Positions 20,303-29,213 of a stretch of DNA of 64,000 nt are shown here, one piece after another. The stretch is from an uncultured virus (IMG/VR IMGVR_UViG_3300006213_000002) (lineage: Duplodnaviria; Heunggongvirae; Uroviricota; Caudoviricetes): positions 1 through 64,000 of the IMG/VR virus record IMGVR_UViG_3300006213_000002. One strand, written 5' to 3'. Under the pieces are notes generated by a model. That model was not told where the DNA came from. It saw nothing but the letters and a program-made list of their open reading frames with translations, and ran no database searches. How positions within the stretch are numbered: the stretch's first letter is position 1; each line of letters opens with the position of its first letter. The translations under genes were made by a program, and so were the position numbers.

Positions 20303-20400
20303 AATTACAACTAAATATTGAGAAAGGGTGATTATAATCACCCTTATTTTTTTATAATATTATCTATTATAAAATAAAATATTGAAGAAAACGTTAAAAA

Positions 20401-21060
20401 TTAATAATTTCCTTTAAAATGTTCAATATAATCATTTACATCATAAATAACTTCTATACTAGTTTTATATTTATTTAAAAATTTTACATGAATATTTATT
20501 ATGCTATGATTTGTATGAATTAATTGAGTATGATAATCATATAAATTCCCTTCTCTACATATATCTATATTTATAAAAGCAAATTCTGTATTGAAAGTTA
20601 CAGTACTTTCAAGATTTATTCCATTTGTTTTTGTTAATATTGGTTTTATAGGATGAATACTATCAGTACTACTTGGATAATTTATAAAATTAGTATTTAT
20701 AGTTTCAATAATTTCATAATTAAAATTTCTAAATTCAATATTATACATTAAATAGTCATCATAAAATTCATCAACACTATAAAAGAATTTAAATAATACA
20801 GATTTTATATTATGATTATTTATATTAACTGATAAATATTTATCGTCGTGATTATGAGATGATGCTGCATAACTATGAGTATGATTAGTTTTACTATATA
20901 CACTATCATGATTATGTGTAGTTAATGAATAATTACTATGAGTATGATTAGTTTTACTATATGCATTATCATGGTTATGATTAATATTAGCTTTATTTTT
21001 TAATTCATTTTTTACTAATCTTATTAATTCTTTTATACCATTATCCTTTAATTGTTTCAT
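20401..21060 (-). CDS. MKQLKDNG-family His-repeat protein, copy 2 (219 aa)
   Basis: Constant N-terminus, five HxH repeats, then a unique C-terminal domain. Confidence 0.8.
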   Translation of the reverse strand: MKQLKDNGIKELIRLVKNELKNKANINHNHDNAYSKTNHTHSNYSLTTHNHDSVYSKTNHTHSYAASSHNHDDKYLSVNINNHNIKSVLFKFFYSVDEFYDDYLMYNIEFRNFNYEIIETINTNFINYPSSTDSIHPIKPILTKTNGINLESTVTFNTEFAFINIDICREGNLYDYHTQLIHTNHSIINIHVKFLNKYKTSIEVIYDVNDYIEHFKGNY

Positions 21061-21090
21061 ATATTTATTACCTCTTTTCTATGTATTTAT

Positions 21091-21122
21091 CTATACTAAT
21101 TTTATAAATAAAATTAGTATAG
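21091..21122. repeat. Perfect inverted repeat (15-bp arms) upstream of copy 2
   Basis: ctatactaattttat-aa-ataaaattagtatag. Confidence 0.9.
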
Positions 21123-21273
21123 CTTAAAGGTTATAATAAATATATAAATACAATGAAATAAATTAATTAAAGATCTCCTATTATAGGAGATCTTTATTTT
21201 TTACTTATATATTTTAATATTATCTAAATAACAAATTATTTAGTTATCATTAAATTTTAAGGAGGAATAAAAT

Positions 21274-21459
21274 ATGAAGGTGCGTTTTTTAAACAGGGAT
21301 ATTGAAGTTACTAAAAGTAGGATTAATATTTGTAATTTTAAAGGTGAAAAAATTCTGATAGGAAGGAGTTTTAACAAAAAAGAAATGAATATTAAAAGTT
21401 ATAAAATTTTAATATTAATGATATTTATGCCATATGATTATTTAAATAAAAGATTATAA
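21274..21459 (+). CDS. Small hypothetical protein
   Basis: 61 aa; AAGGAGG RBS. Confidence 0.5.
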   Translation: MKVRFLNRDIEVTKSRINICNFKGEKILIGRSFNKKEMNIKSYKILILMIFMPYDYLNKRL

Positions 21460-21475
21460 AAGGAGGATCATAATT

Positions 21476-22621
21476 TTGAGAGAAAAATTTAATTTAATAC
21501 AGGAGCTTCGTGGAAAAAATGAAGAACTTGTAGGAACTAATCGATTAGCTTTAGTTGGTCAAGGTGATTTCGTAGGTGCCAATAATGTAACACGTGGTGC
21601 TATGAATATTAAACATAAGACTCAACATTTAGCAATTGATAATCCAGAATTCCCATTCTTTTATGATGGTAAAGAAAATGTAATGGGTGAAAATTCATCT
21701 TTCTATTTCAAGACTGATAAAAATTATGAGGTCGTAGATATAGTAAAGAAATATAATGAATTTTTAAAAGGTAGAACAAAAATAGCATTATATTTTCTAT
21801 ATTGTAGAGATGATGATTCATATAAGTTGGTAGAACGCCAAGAATGTGAGAACCTAACAGAGAATTTTGGATTTGATTATGTAAATGATACATTGGATAG
21901 TTTAGAAGTAGGAGATAAAATACCAAAAAATACATTATTGAAAAGATCTACATCATATGATGAAAATGGTAATGTTGGTGTTGGATTAAATGGTAGAATA
22001 TTAAATGCAATACATCCTGCAGTACAAGATGATGCCATTATAGTATCTGAATCATTTGCTAAACGTGCTGTCATTAATAATATTATTACAGTTACTATTC
22101 CCATTAATAATGATACCATGTTGTTAAATTTACATGGTAAAGATGGAAAATATATAGGATTACCAGATATAGGTATGAAAGTAACAGAAGGTGTAATAGC
22201 AGCTACACGTCCTATAAAAGAAACACGCATGTTTTCAGATTTGCGTGATGCATCATTAAATACATATAATATTCATACAGATCAAGTGTATTATGCAGAT
22301 GGTGAAATTATTGATATTAATGTATATTGCAATAATCCAAATCAAAAAATAAATAAGGTTAATAGACAATTAATGCAATATTATTATGATTGTCGGTGGT
22401 TTTTTACTGAAGTCTATAAAGTATGTAAAAGAATATTAAAGACAGGAGCATCTAAAATAGATAAAGAAATTAATAATTGGATGAGAATGGCTATTGATTA
22501 TTTGGATACAAATGCAATATGGGATTTCGGTAATGATAATAATTCAAATATGATGGTAGAATTATTAGTAAGACGTAAAGAGCCCATTAAAGTAGGCAGA
22601 AAAATAGTTGGTAGAGCGGGG
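21476..22621 (+). CDS. RNA polymerase beta-like subunit (C-terminal-half type, probably non-virion RNAP), 5' exon only
   Basis: ANNVTRGAM (equivalent to DDANRALM), GLN..QDDAIIVSES, GEIIDINVY; ends at KVGRKIVGRAG, where the GDK..GRHG-NKG motif is cut by intron sequence. Confidence 0.85.
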
Positions 22622-23105
22622 ACGTATATAATCATTTTATAAATTAAACATGGTTTAGCCTCGGGTAAACTATATTAATTGCGGGAAAGACTTGTATAAG
22701 TCATTATTACTAAACTATTTATAGAAATATAGTAGTGGTCTAGAGTAATTAACTAGAGTATAGTAAAAAGATAATGAATTGGACAATCCGCATTTTTATT
22801 TTATAATAATAAAGAAACCAATTATTTGATATCTAAAGAAATATATAAAAGTATTAAACTCAAACGATCGAAAAAAATAGATTCAATGATATCGAATAAT
22901 AGACATAAATATAGAAATATTATAAATGAAATTCAACGACCATCGAAAGATAATAACTCAGAAGAAATAATAATAGAAGAAACAATTTTATTTGGATATG
23001 AGTTAGAATCGAATAGAGTAGATGTATTATTTAATCGAAGTGAAAAGGATAATAATTTATCATGATATGGTCTATATTTTATTGAATAAATAAAATTATT
23101 TAAAG
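22622..23105 (+). mobile_element. Group I intron-like element, apparently chimeric or split (5' boundary approximate)
   Basis: P aattgcgggaaag 22677, Q aatccgca 22785, R ttcaacgaccat 22932, S gatatggtct 23064, terminal G at 23105; the P3 strands do not pair. Confidence 0.75.
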
Positions 23106-24461
23106 GATGCAAATGTAGGTATTAATAAAAATTTAGTAGTAGAACCAACACTAGCTAATAGTAGAGGTTATAGAGAACAAGTAGATGATGTTGAAACATT
23201 AAAAGATGTAAATTTATTTTCTCCTGTAGAATTATTAACTCCAGGAACTATATGTGTAGATGATCCAATTCGTTCTGCTATTGCTGCTAAACAATCAGCC
23301 CATGTTGTACCAGTGAACGATTCAATTCCATCATTAGTTTCAAATGGTTTCGACGAGGCAGTTCAGTTTTATTTATCATCTGATTTTGTTATTAATGCAG
23401 ATGAGGATGGTAAAGTAATTGATGTAAATGATGAATTGGGATTTATTATGGTTGAATACAAATCTGGAAAGAAACGTGCTATAAATACAAATCCTGATAT
23501 AGTACGTAATTTAGCAGGTGGATTTAATCTTGCTAATAAATTAACTCCAGTGTATACTAAAGTAGGTCAAAAATTTAAAAAAGATGAACCATTAGCATAC
23601 CATCCAAAATATTTCCAATATTCTCCTATTAATGGATTACGATATTCATTTGGTCCATTAGCAAAAGTAGCTTTTATGTCTACATATAATACATATGAAG
23701 ATGCAGGATTGACACATGAAAGTTTTTCTGATAGAATGGCAACAGATATTGTTTATCAAGAAAAAGGTATGTTTAAACGTAATAACAATATTTTGAGTAT
23801 GGTTAAAATAGGTGATCATGTTGCTATAGGAGATCCATTAATAAAGTTTGATGTATCTGTAGAAGACGATATATTATCTTCATACTTAGTACATTTATCT
23901 GATGAAAATGCAGAATTATTAGCTAATGAGACTAAATCAGAAATTAAATCATCACATGCAGGAAAAGTAATAGATATAAAAGTATATAGTATATTAGATC
24001 CATCTAACTTGTCTCCTTCTTTAGCTAATATAGTACAAGCATATTTTGATAAAGGAAATATGAAAAAAGAATATTTGGAACAATTTGATGGTACTCCAGG
24101 TATTATAAAAGCTGGCTATATGGTTACTGATACTACCGAGCCAATTAAGAATAGATATAATAGTATTAAAGGAAATAAGGGGGTAGATGTTTTAATAGAA
24201 ATTTATATAGAACATAAAGATGTGATGGGTGTAGGTGATAAGGTTGCATTATATGCAGCTAATAAACAAATTATTTCTGAAGTTATTCCTGAAGGATTTG
24301 AACCATATTCAGAAATAGAACCAGATGAGCCTATAGATTTATTTACAAGCCCTGGAACAATTGCGAGGAGAATGACTCCAAGTGTAGAACCTATATCTGC
24401 CGCATGCAAAGTACTAGTATATCTAAAAAGAAAAATAAAAAAAGAAATCAAATATTCATAA
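23106..24461 (+). CDS. RNA polymerase beta-like subunit (probably virion RNAP), 3' exon only
   Basis: Frame is open from 23094 with no RBS or start; DANVGINKNL (PNIGLINSL equivalent), DDPIRSAIA, AFMSTYNTYEDA, GKVIDIKVY, GVGDKVALYAANKQ, PIDLFTSPGTIARRM. Confidence 0.85.
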   Translation, partial: DANVGINKNLVVEPTLANSRGYREQVDDVETLKDVNLFSPVELLTPGTICVDDPIRSAIAAKQSAHVVPVNDSIPSLVSNGFDEAVQFYLSSDFVINADEDGKVIDVNDELGFIMVEYKSGKKRAINTNPDIVRNLAGGFNLANKLTPVYTKVGQKFKKDEPLAYHPKYFQYSPINGLRYSFGPLAKVAFMSTYNTYEDAGLTHESFSDRMATDIVYQEKGMFKRNNNILSMVKIGDHVAIGDPLIKFDVSVEDDILSSYLVHLSDENAELLANETKSEIKSSHAGKVIDIKVYSILDPSNLSPSLANIVQAYFDKGNMKKEYLEQFDGTPGIIKAGYMVTDTTEPIKNRYNSIKGNKGVDVLIEIYIEHKDVMGVGDKVALYAANKQIISEVIPEGFEPYSEIEPDEPIDLFTSPGTIARRMTPSVEPISAACKVLVYLKRKIKKEIKYS

Positions 24462-24468
24462 TATTATA

Positions 24469-24499
24469 AACAATAGTCCGGAAATTTCGGACTATTGTT
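24469..24499 (+). terminator. Hairpin after the beta exon
   Basis: aacaatagtccgg-aaatt-tcggactattgtt. Confidence 0.65.
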
Positions 24500-24645
24500 A
24501 CTAAAAGATATGCTAAATATGAAATAACGACAATTGATAATAAAACTCATTTCTATCATAATGATGAGAAAGTTTTATTAATACCTGGAATATAAAAATA
24601 TAACCATGATGAAATAATTAATTTACATGGGCTACAATAAAAAAT

Positions 24646-24672
24646 AAAGGAGTGGTTTATTTCCACTCCTTT
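24646..24672 (-). terminator. Terminator for the beta-prime gene
   Basis: aaaggagtgg-tttattt-ccactccttt flanked by A and T runs. Confidence 0.75.
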
Positions 24673-24691
24673 ATTTTTATTTTTTTGGCTC

Positions 24692-24858
24692 TTAATTATC
24701 TGAAAGGATCGCTATAGAAATGTTTTCTAACGCGCTAAGATCTAATCGAATCGATTGATCCACCCTATTTATGAGCATATTAATAGGACTAAATCCTTCA
24801 AATAATTCCCAAAGCTCTTCGAGTGGTAATCCTAATTCATTCAAAACATCTCCGTCAA
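24692..24858 (-). CDS. RNAP beta-prime-like subunit, exon 4 (not in the ORF track)
   Basis: TT GAC GGA GAT GTT TTG AAT = (F)DGDVLNELGLPLEELWELFEGFSPINMLINR... to TAA; completes NADFDGD in frame. Confidence 0.88.
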
Positions 24859-24913
24859 TTTTTTATTAATTTCTCCACAATTAATTAGTTTTATTAAAAA
24901 GTTTTTTAGTATA

Positions 24914-24925
24914 AACAATGATGTA
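24914..24925 (+). promoter_or_regulatory. Candidate late promoter for the GIY-YIG gene
   Basis: AACA-ATGATG-TA, followed by AGGAGG RBS and ATG at 24955. Confidence 0.5.
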
Positions 24926-24954
24926 ACAAAATAATATTATAGGAGGAATAACTT

Positions 24955-25809
24955 ATGTTAACTACTAATGAACTTTTAAACAATAAAAACACCATTTCTA
25001 ATTTTTTAATTAATCGACCAATACCAGAAAAATATCGATTGACAGTTGATAAGATTCCTTTTGGTTATATCTACTGCATTGAGAATAAATTAACAGGTAT
25101 GAAATACATAGGTTCTACATACTCAGTATGGGCCGGTATACAAAAGCCAAGACCTTATACTTCATTATCAAAACGAGCTTCACATTATTTATATGAATAT
25201 AACAAAGCTATGAAATCTATTACAGCTGGTAACAAAGTTACATATAGACCTATTATACAAGCTATGATAGATAATGGTTTTGATAATTTTATTATGTATC
25301 CTATTTGTGAAACTACTCCTGCTAGTCATACTGGAATGGAAAATTATTTCATAGATATTTATGATACTATTAAAAGTGGCTATAATGTTTCTAGAGCTGG
25401 TGTACCAACTGCAACTGGTCGAGTATTAACTGCTAGAGATAAGCAGATTAGATCAGAAGGTATTATAGCTGTTAATATGAATGATAAAAAACTTGTAGTA
25501 TCTGAATCCATGAAATTATTAGGTGACTATATTGGTACTACTAAAGATCAAATTAAAAATGGTAATCGTAATGGTAAACCAGTAAAAGGTTGGTTTATAT
25601 TTTATTTAAATCCAGATAAACGACATGAAATATTATTTAAGAATGTAATCCATGATCAAAATAAGCGTAAACAAGAACGTCATTCTGATAAAGCAAAATC
25701 ATTTTATATAGGACTATATAATGCAATAGAATTACATCTAAATGAAACATATCATAGTGAATATTTTCCTGGTTTTGAAAGATTACCTAATCTGATATAT
25801 ACTGATTAA
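24955..25809 (+). CDS. GIY-YIG homing endonuclease, antisense within intron 3
   Basis: GYIYCIEN..KYIGST, KRASHY, ENYFI..GYN; C-terminal helical DNA-binding-like region. Confidence 0.85.
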   Translation: MLTTNELLNNKNTISNFLINRPIPEKYRLTVDKIPFGYIYCIENKLTGMKYIGSTYSVWAGIQKPRPYTSLSKRASHYLYEYNKAMKSITAGNKVTYRPIIQAMIDNGFDNFIMYPICETTPASHTGMENYFIDIYDTIKSGYNVSRAGVPTATGRVLTARDKQIRSEGIIAVNMNDKKLVVSESMKLLGDYIGTTKDQIKNGNRNGKPVKGWFIFYLNPDKRHEILFKNVIHDQNKRKQERHSDKAKSFYIGLYNAIELHLNETYHSEYFPGFERLPNLIYTD

Positions 25810-25983
25810 TTATGGAATTATTAATAACATAGACCATATCTTTAGAGGAATATATATGCTACTATATATTCCTCTACTTCTGTTTAGATTTAAGGGGTGC
25901 CAATCCCACTTATTTTTCAATAAGCCCTACTCTACTAACTATATACATCATATTCATTATAGTTATTTCGATGGTCGTTGAAC

Positions 25984-26343
25984 TCATGTGCGTTTTAATG
26001 TGTCTGGAAAACATTTTGGACACAAAGATATTTTCAATTCAAACTCTGCAGGTTTTGCCTGAAATTTAGTACCACATGGTTTATGTCTGTATTGTACTAT
26101 ACATTTAGGAGTATATAGTTTATAGTCTGATAATAACTCATACTCTTCTGCATGTGGAATCTTTTTCAATTCTCTTAAATACATTTCCTTTGTGATACGT
26201 TGTTTTGGTTTGTTAGCTAATGTTGGTCTGTTTCCAGATGCATCCAATTCTATGAATGCTTGTTGTTTCTCAGCTAATTTCTTTTTACGTGCAATCTTTT
26301 TTAATCCTCTTTCTGATGGGATTAAACTACGTGGTATAGGCAT
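25984..26343 (-). CDS. Intron-encoded basic Zn-ribbon protein (homing-endonuclease DNA-binding module, no nuclease motif seen)
   Basis: AAGGAGG RBS; YELLSDY..HKPCG..F..CPKC. Confidence 0.65.
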   Translation of the reverse strand: MPIPRSLIPSERGLKKIARKKKLAEKQQAFIELDASGNRPTLANKPKQRITKEMYLRELKKIPHAEEYELLSDYKLYTPKCIVQYRHKPCGTKFQAKPAEFELKISLCPKCFPDTLKRT

Positions 26344-26568
26344 ATTATATTACCTCCTTTCTATACTATTATAGAATATATATTTAAATTGAAAATATTT
26401 TAAACGTACACTTTGCTGCGTCGATTGTATCTAATTAATACCTTTTTACTATACCTTGAGATATTGCCTCTTGCCATTATTATATTACTATAATAATTTA
26501 GTAGTATTAATATTAACGATAGTTTCCCGCAATTAAAATAATTTAAGCAGACCTCGACAGGCATGTTA

Positions 26569-26581
26569 AGTCTGCATTTAG
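26569..26581 (-). CDS. RNAP beta-prime-like subunit, 13-nt micro-exon 3 (L-N-A-D plus first base of F)
   Basis: CTAAATGCAGACT between the terminal G of intron 2 (26582) and the P1 U-G site of intron 3. Confidence 0.88.
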
Positions 26582-27696
26582 CGTATTATTCATATACTAT
26601 TATATTAGTATATCGAGCTTTTAACTCTGCCCTATATCTCTATAGGATACTAGACTATATCTTCAATTAATATAATATTAATTGCCATTCATTTCCATAA
26701 TTTATTTATGTACTCTACTAATTACATATTGTAACTTTGGATAGTCGTTGAAGCTAGTAATTTTATTTTTCTATCAATTCGTTTAACCATTTCAAAATTT
26801 TTATTATTTAAATCTAAATTAAGTATATCTAATATTTCAGCTTTATCATAACCTGCTAAAAGAAGTTCTTCAACATATAATTTCATATCTTTAGGATATT
26901 TTTCTTCTGGTATGTTATATAATTTTGATATATGTTTCCATCTTCTACCTTTCTTTATATCAGTTATATATTTTCTTTCAACACCAGTTAATTCTGAAAT
27001 TATATTATTAGGAGTTCTTTGTTCTAGGAGTTTACATACTTCATGGATTTGTTTATCTGTATAATGACTTAAACTATTAGATGATCCAACTATAGCTGTT
27101 TTTAGTCCAGTCCTAAATGCATGCAATATATTTTCAGATGTAGTAGACCATTCTAAGTTTAAATCTACATTAATATACTTTTTACCATTAATATGATTTA
27201 CTTCTGGTTTATTATCAGGATTAGGAATAAAAGCTGTAGCAACAAACCTATGTATTCCTGGATGATATTGGCTACCATTAGGTCTAACTATAGTTGAATG
27301 TAAATATCCGTCTTTATCCATATATTTAGATAAAATCTTTTTAGTTATAGCATTTCTTACATCACCTATATTAGATACTTCATAATTAGTTTTCATACCA
27401 TCAATTATGATTGGTTTCCATTCGAGATTAACTAAATAGATATAATCTCCTATTTCAAAAATATTCATATAAATATCCTCCTGTATATCATATTTATATG
27501 AATAATATATAATTACTTTACCTGCGGATTGACTATATATCTTTAACCTTTTTACTATACCTTCCACATTACTGGTTGCCACTACTATATCACTATAATA
27601 GTTTAGTAGTTAAAGCTCTTAAGCATCCATATATTATATAGATAGAATTTAGGCAATTCTCTTTCCCGCATAATTGAATGAATAGGCCGCCTTTTG
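26582..27696 (-). mobile_element. Group I intron 2 of the beta-prime gene (1115 nt) with HNH endonuclease
   Basis: Exon AGGU pairs with IGS GCCU; P tatgcgggaaag, Q aatccgcagg, R ttcaacgactat, S aagatatagtct; P3 cattc/gaatg; terminal G. Confidence 0.9.
26722..27468 (-). CDS. NUMOD4-HNH homing endonuclease (I-HmuI-like); probable start at 27468
   Basis: EWKPI, YEVSNIGDVR, HRFVATAFIPNP, VNHINGKK..N..NLEWST..EN; AGGAGG before MNIFEIG. Confidence 0.9.
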   Translation of the reverse strand: MNIFEIGDYIYLVNLEWKPIIIDGMKTNYEVSNIGDVRNAITKKILSKYMDKDGYLHSTIVRPNGSQYHPGIHRFVATAFIPNPDNKPEVNHINGKKYINVDLNLEWSTTSENILHAFRTGLKTAIVGSSNSLSHYTDKQIHEVCKLLEQRTPNNIISELTGVERKYITDIKKGRRWKHISKLYNIPEEKYPKDMKLYVEELLLAGYDKAEILDILNLDLNNKNFEMVKRIDRKIKLLASTTIQSYNM

Positions 27697-28245
27697 ACCT
27701 GGCAGGATTGCTGATGGTATTGCTAAACTATAATCATCAGAATCTTTCTTTACCTTTCTAATTCGCATCAAAAGAATACTTCCAAATGTTATTGTAGGAT
27801 TACGATTAATTATAATTTGCGGAGCATCTTCTTTTATAACTCTACACATTATATCATATACATATGGATCGAAATTAAATTTTGATGCTAAAAAGTTTTG
27901 TGCTCTTGTTATTGTCCATCCTTTATCTTTTATAATTCTACGTAAAATGTTACCTTTATATATTTCAATAAATTGTTTATATGGTACATCTACTTCATCC
28001 ATCTTTAAAGATGAATCTAATACAATTACGCTTCTTGATGAGTAATTAAACTCGCCACCAAGAACATTTGCCCTAGTCCAACCATGCTTTCCATCAATTA
28101 ATGAGAAATTTATCTGCCATAATTCATTTGCTCTCATTTGAGCTTGATATAAATAAAGAGGTACTTCTATAGCAGTTGCTTTCTTCAAATTAATTGATAT
28201 ATGAGTTAAAGGATGAATATTTTTATCAAGTGGTGAGAAATAATA
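27697..28245 (-). CDS. RNAP beta-prime-like subunit, exon 2
   Basis: KHGWTRANVLGGEFNYSSRSVI (GKRVDYSGRSVI equivalent), IIINRNPTI (NRAPTL equivalent); ends SAILPG. Confidence 0.9.
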
Positions 28246-28539
28246 CAATTATCTTATCTTTATATCTCTATAAACGTTGAGACTATATCTTTATAGAATC
28301 TATTATAGTAATCTATATCTTTCGTTTCCATTATATATGTACTATACTCATATCATTATTGATATTTTCTATAGTCGTTGAACTATATTCACACAGCTAC
28401 TGATTATCCCAAACTTATTTGATTTTACTATCCTATATCCATTACGATATATGCTAACTTATATTATTACTAATATAATGCAGTTAAATAAGATAAAAGG
28501 AACTTCCAGTAATTATGAAAGAAAGAGCTATTATTTTCA
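28246..28539 (-). mobile_element. Group I intron 1 of the beta-prime gene (294 nt, no ORF)
   Basis: Exon AGAGU pairs with IGS GCUCU; P10 AAAUAAUA with exon UAUUAUUU; P aattactgg, Q tcagtagc, R gttcaacgacta, S aagatatagtct; terminal G at 28246; restores TTES-YYFSP. Confidence 0.9.
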
Positions 28540-29193
28540 ACTCTCAGTTGTTATCCCCTGTGGTCTTAATACAGTAGAATATACAGGTAATTTAGAAGTC
28601 CATACTAAATCTTTATCCTGTATTAATGAATCTATTAATTCTGCTTTCTGTTTTCTTTTACCTTTATAATAGGTCATAATCTCTTCATAATTTTCATAGA
28701 ATTCTTGTAAACCTAAATTATGATATTTCAACATAGATTTCTTAACTTCTATATCATCATTCTTATGTCTAATAATACCAGCGGATGTAATGATGTTTTC
28801 ATTAGAGATTATATTCTCTAAAACTTTAGTAGATAAAGCAGACTTTAACCGGAAGAAAAAAAGCGGATTGATTATTTTAAACGGAGAAAAATTGAGCCAC
28901 CCTGTATATAGAATATCTACATCACGATGTTCTACAGGCTCTCCACAAAATATACATTTTTCACCTTCAAACTCAGCTCCTATAGTTCTTCCGCATTTAC
29001 AACGATATCTATCCATGAATTCATTAGCATCACCATATGTAGTTCCATATCTAGGTGATCTAGGTCCATTCATATTTCGAATAGTTTTATCAACATCAGA
29101 GAATGGTATATCTGAAATTAAAAATCCTCTGTTATTAATAATATCATTATAACATTCTGCCTCTAGATTCATCTTTTTAAATGAAATTCTCAT
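28540..29193 (-). CDS. RNAP beta-prime-like (N-terminal-half, catalytic) subunit, exon 1; spliced product 460 aa
   Basis: GPRSPRYG, Zn finger YRCKCG..CIFCG, GWLNF, LPVYSTVLRP; exons 654+549+13+167 = 1383 nt, in frame. Confidence 0.9.
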
Positions 29194-29213
29194 TTAATAT
29201 AAAATCCTCCTTT

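Larger units (their letters stand above)
24859..26568 (-). mobile_element. Group I intron 3 of the beta-prime gene (1710 nt, two ORFs)
   Basis: P1 exon GCAGACU pairs with IGS GGUCUGC via U-G; P10 GUCGA pairs with exon UUGAC; P aattgcgggaaac, Q cgcagc, R gttcaacgaccat, S aagatatggtct. Confidence 0.85.

Noticed and set aside
20401..21060. Diversity-generating retroelement target
   Set aside because: No reverse transcriptase in the window; the shared sequence is N-terminal and the differences are not adenine-specific.
22826..23065. 79-aa ORF in the ORF track
   Set aside because: TTG start with no RBS; overlaps the intron R and S elements; no motif.
21476..24461. One beta subunit gene interrupted by an ordinary cis-spliced intron
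   Set aside because: The two exons cover the same conserved beta regions twice, and the intron P3 strands do not pair.
27469..27582. N-terminal 38 aa of the 286-aa HNH ORF
   Set aside because: Lies in intron core sequence (P5/Q); the RBS supports a start at 27468.
27649..27696. C-terminal QKAAYSFNYAGKRIA of the 199-aa ORF (similar tails at 22622..22642 and 31876..31918)
   Set aside because: Read-through into intron sequence.
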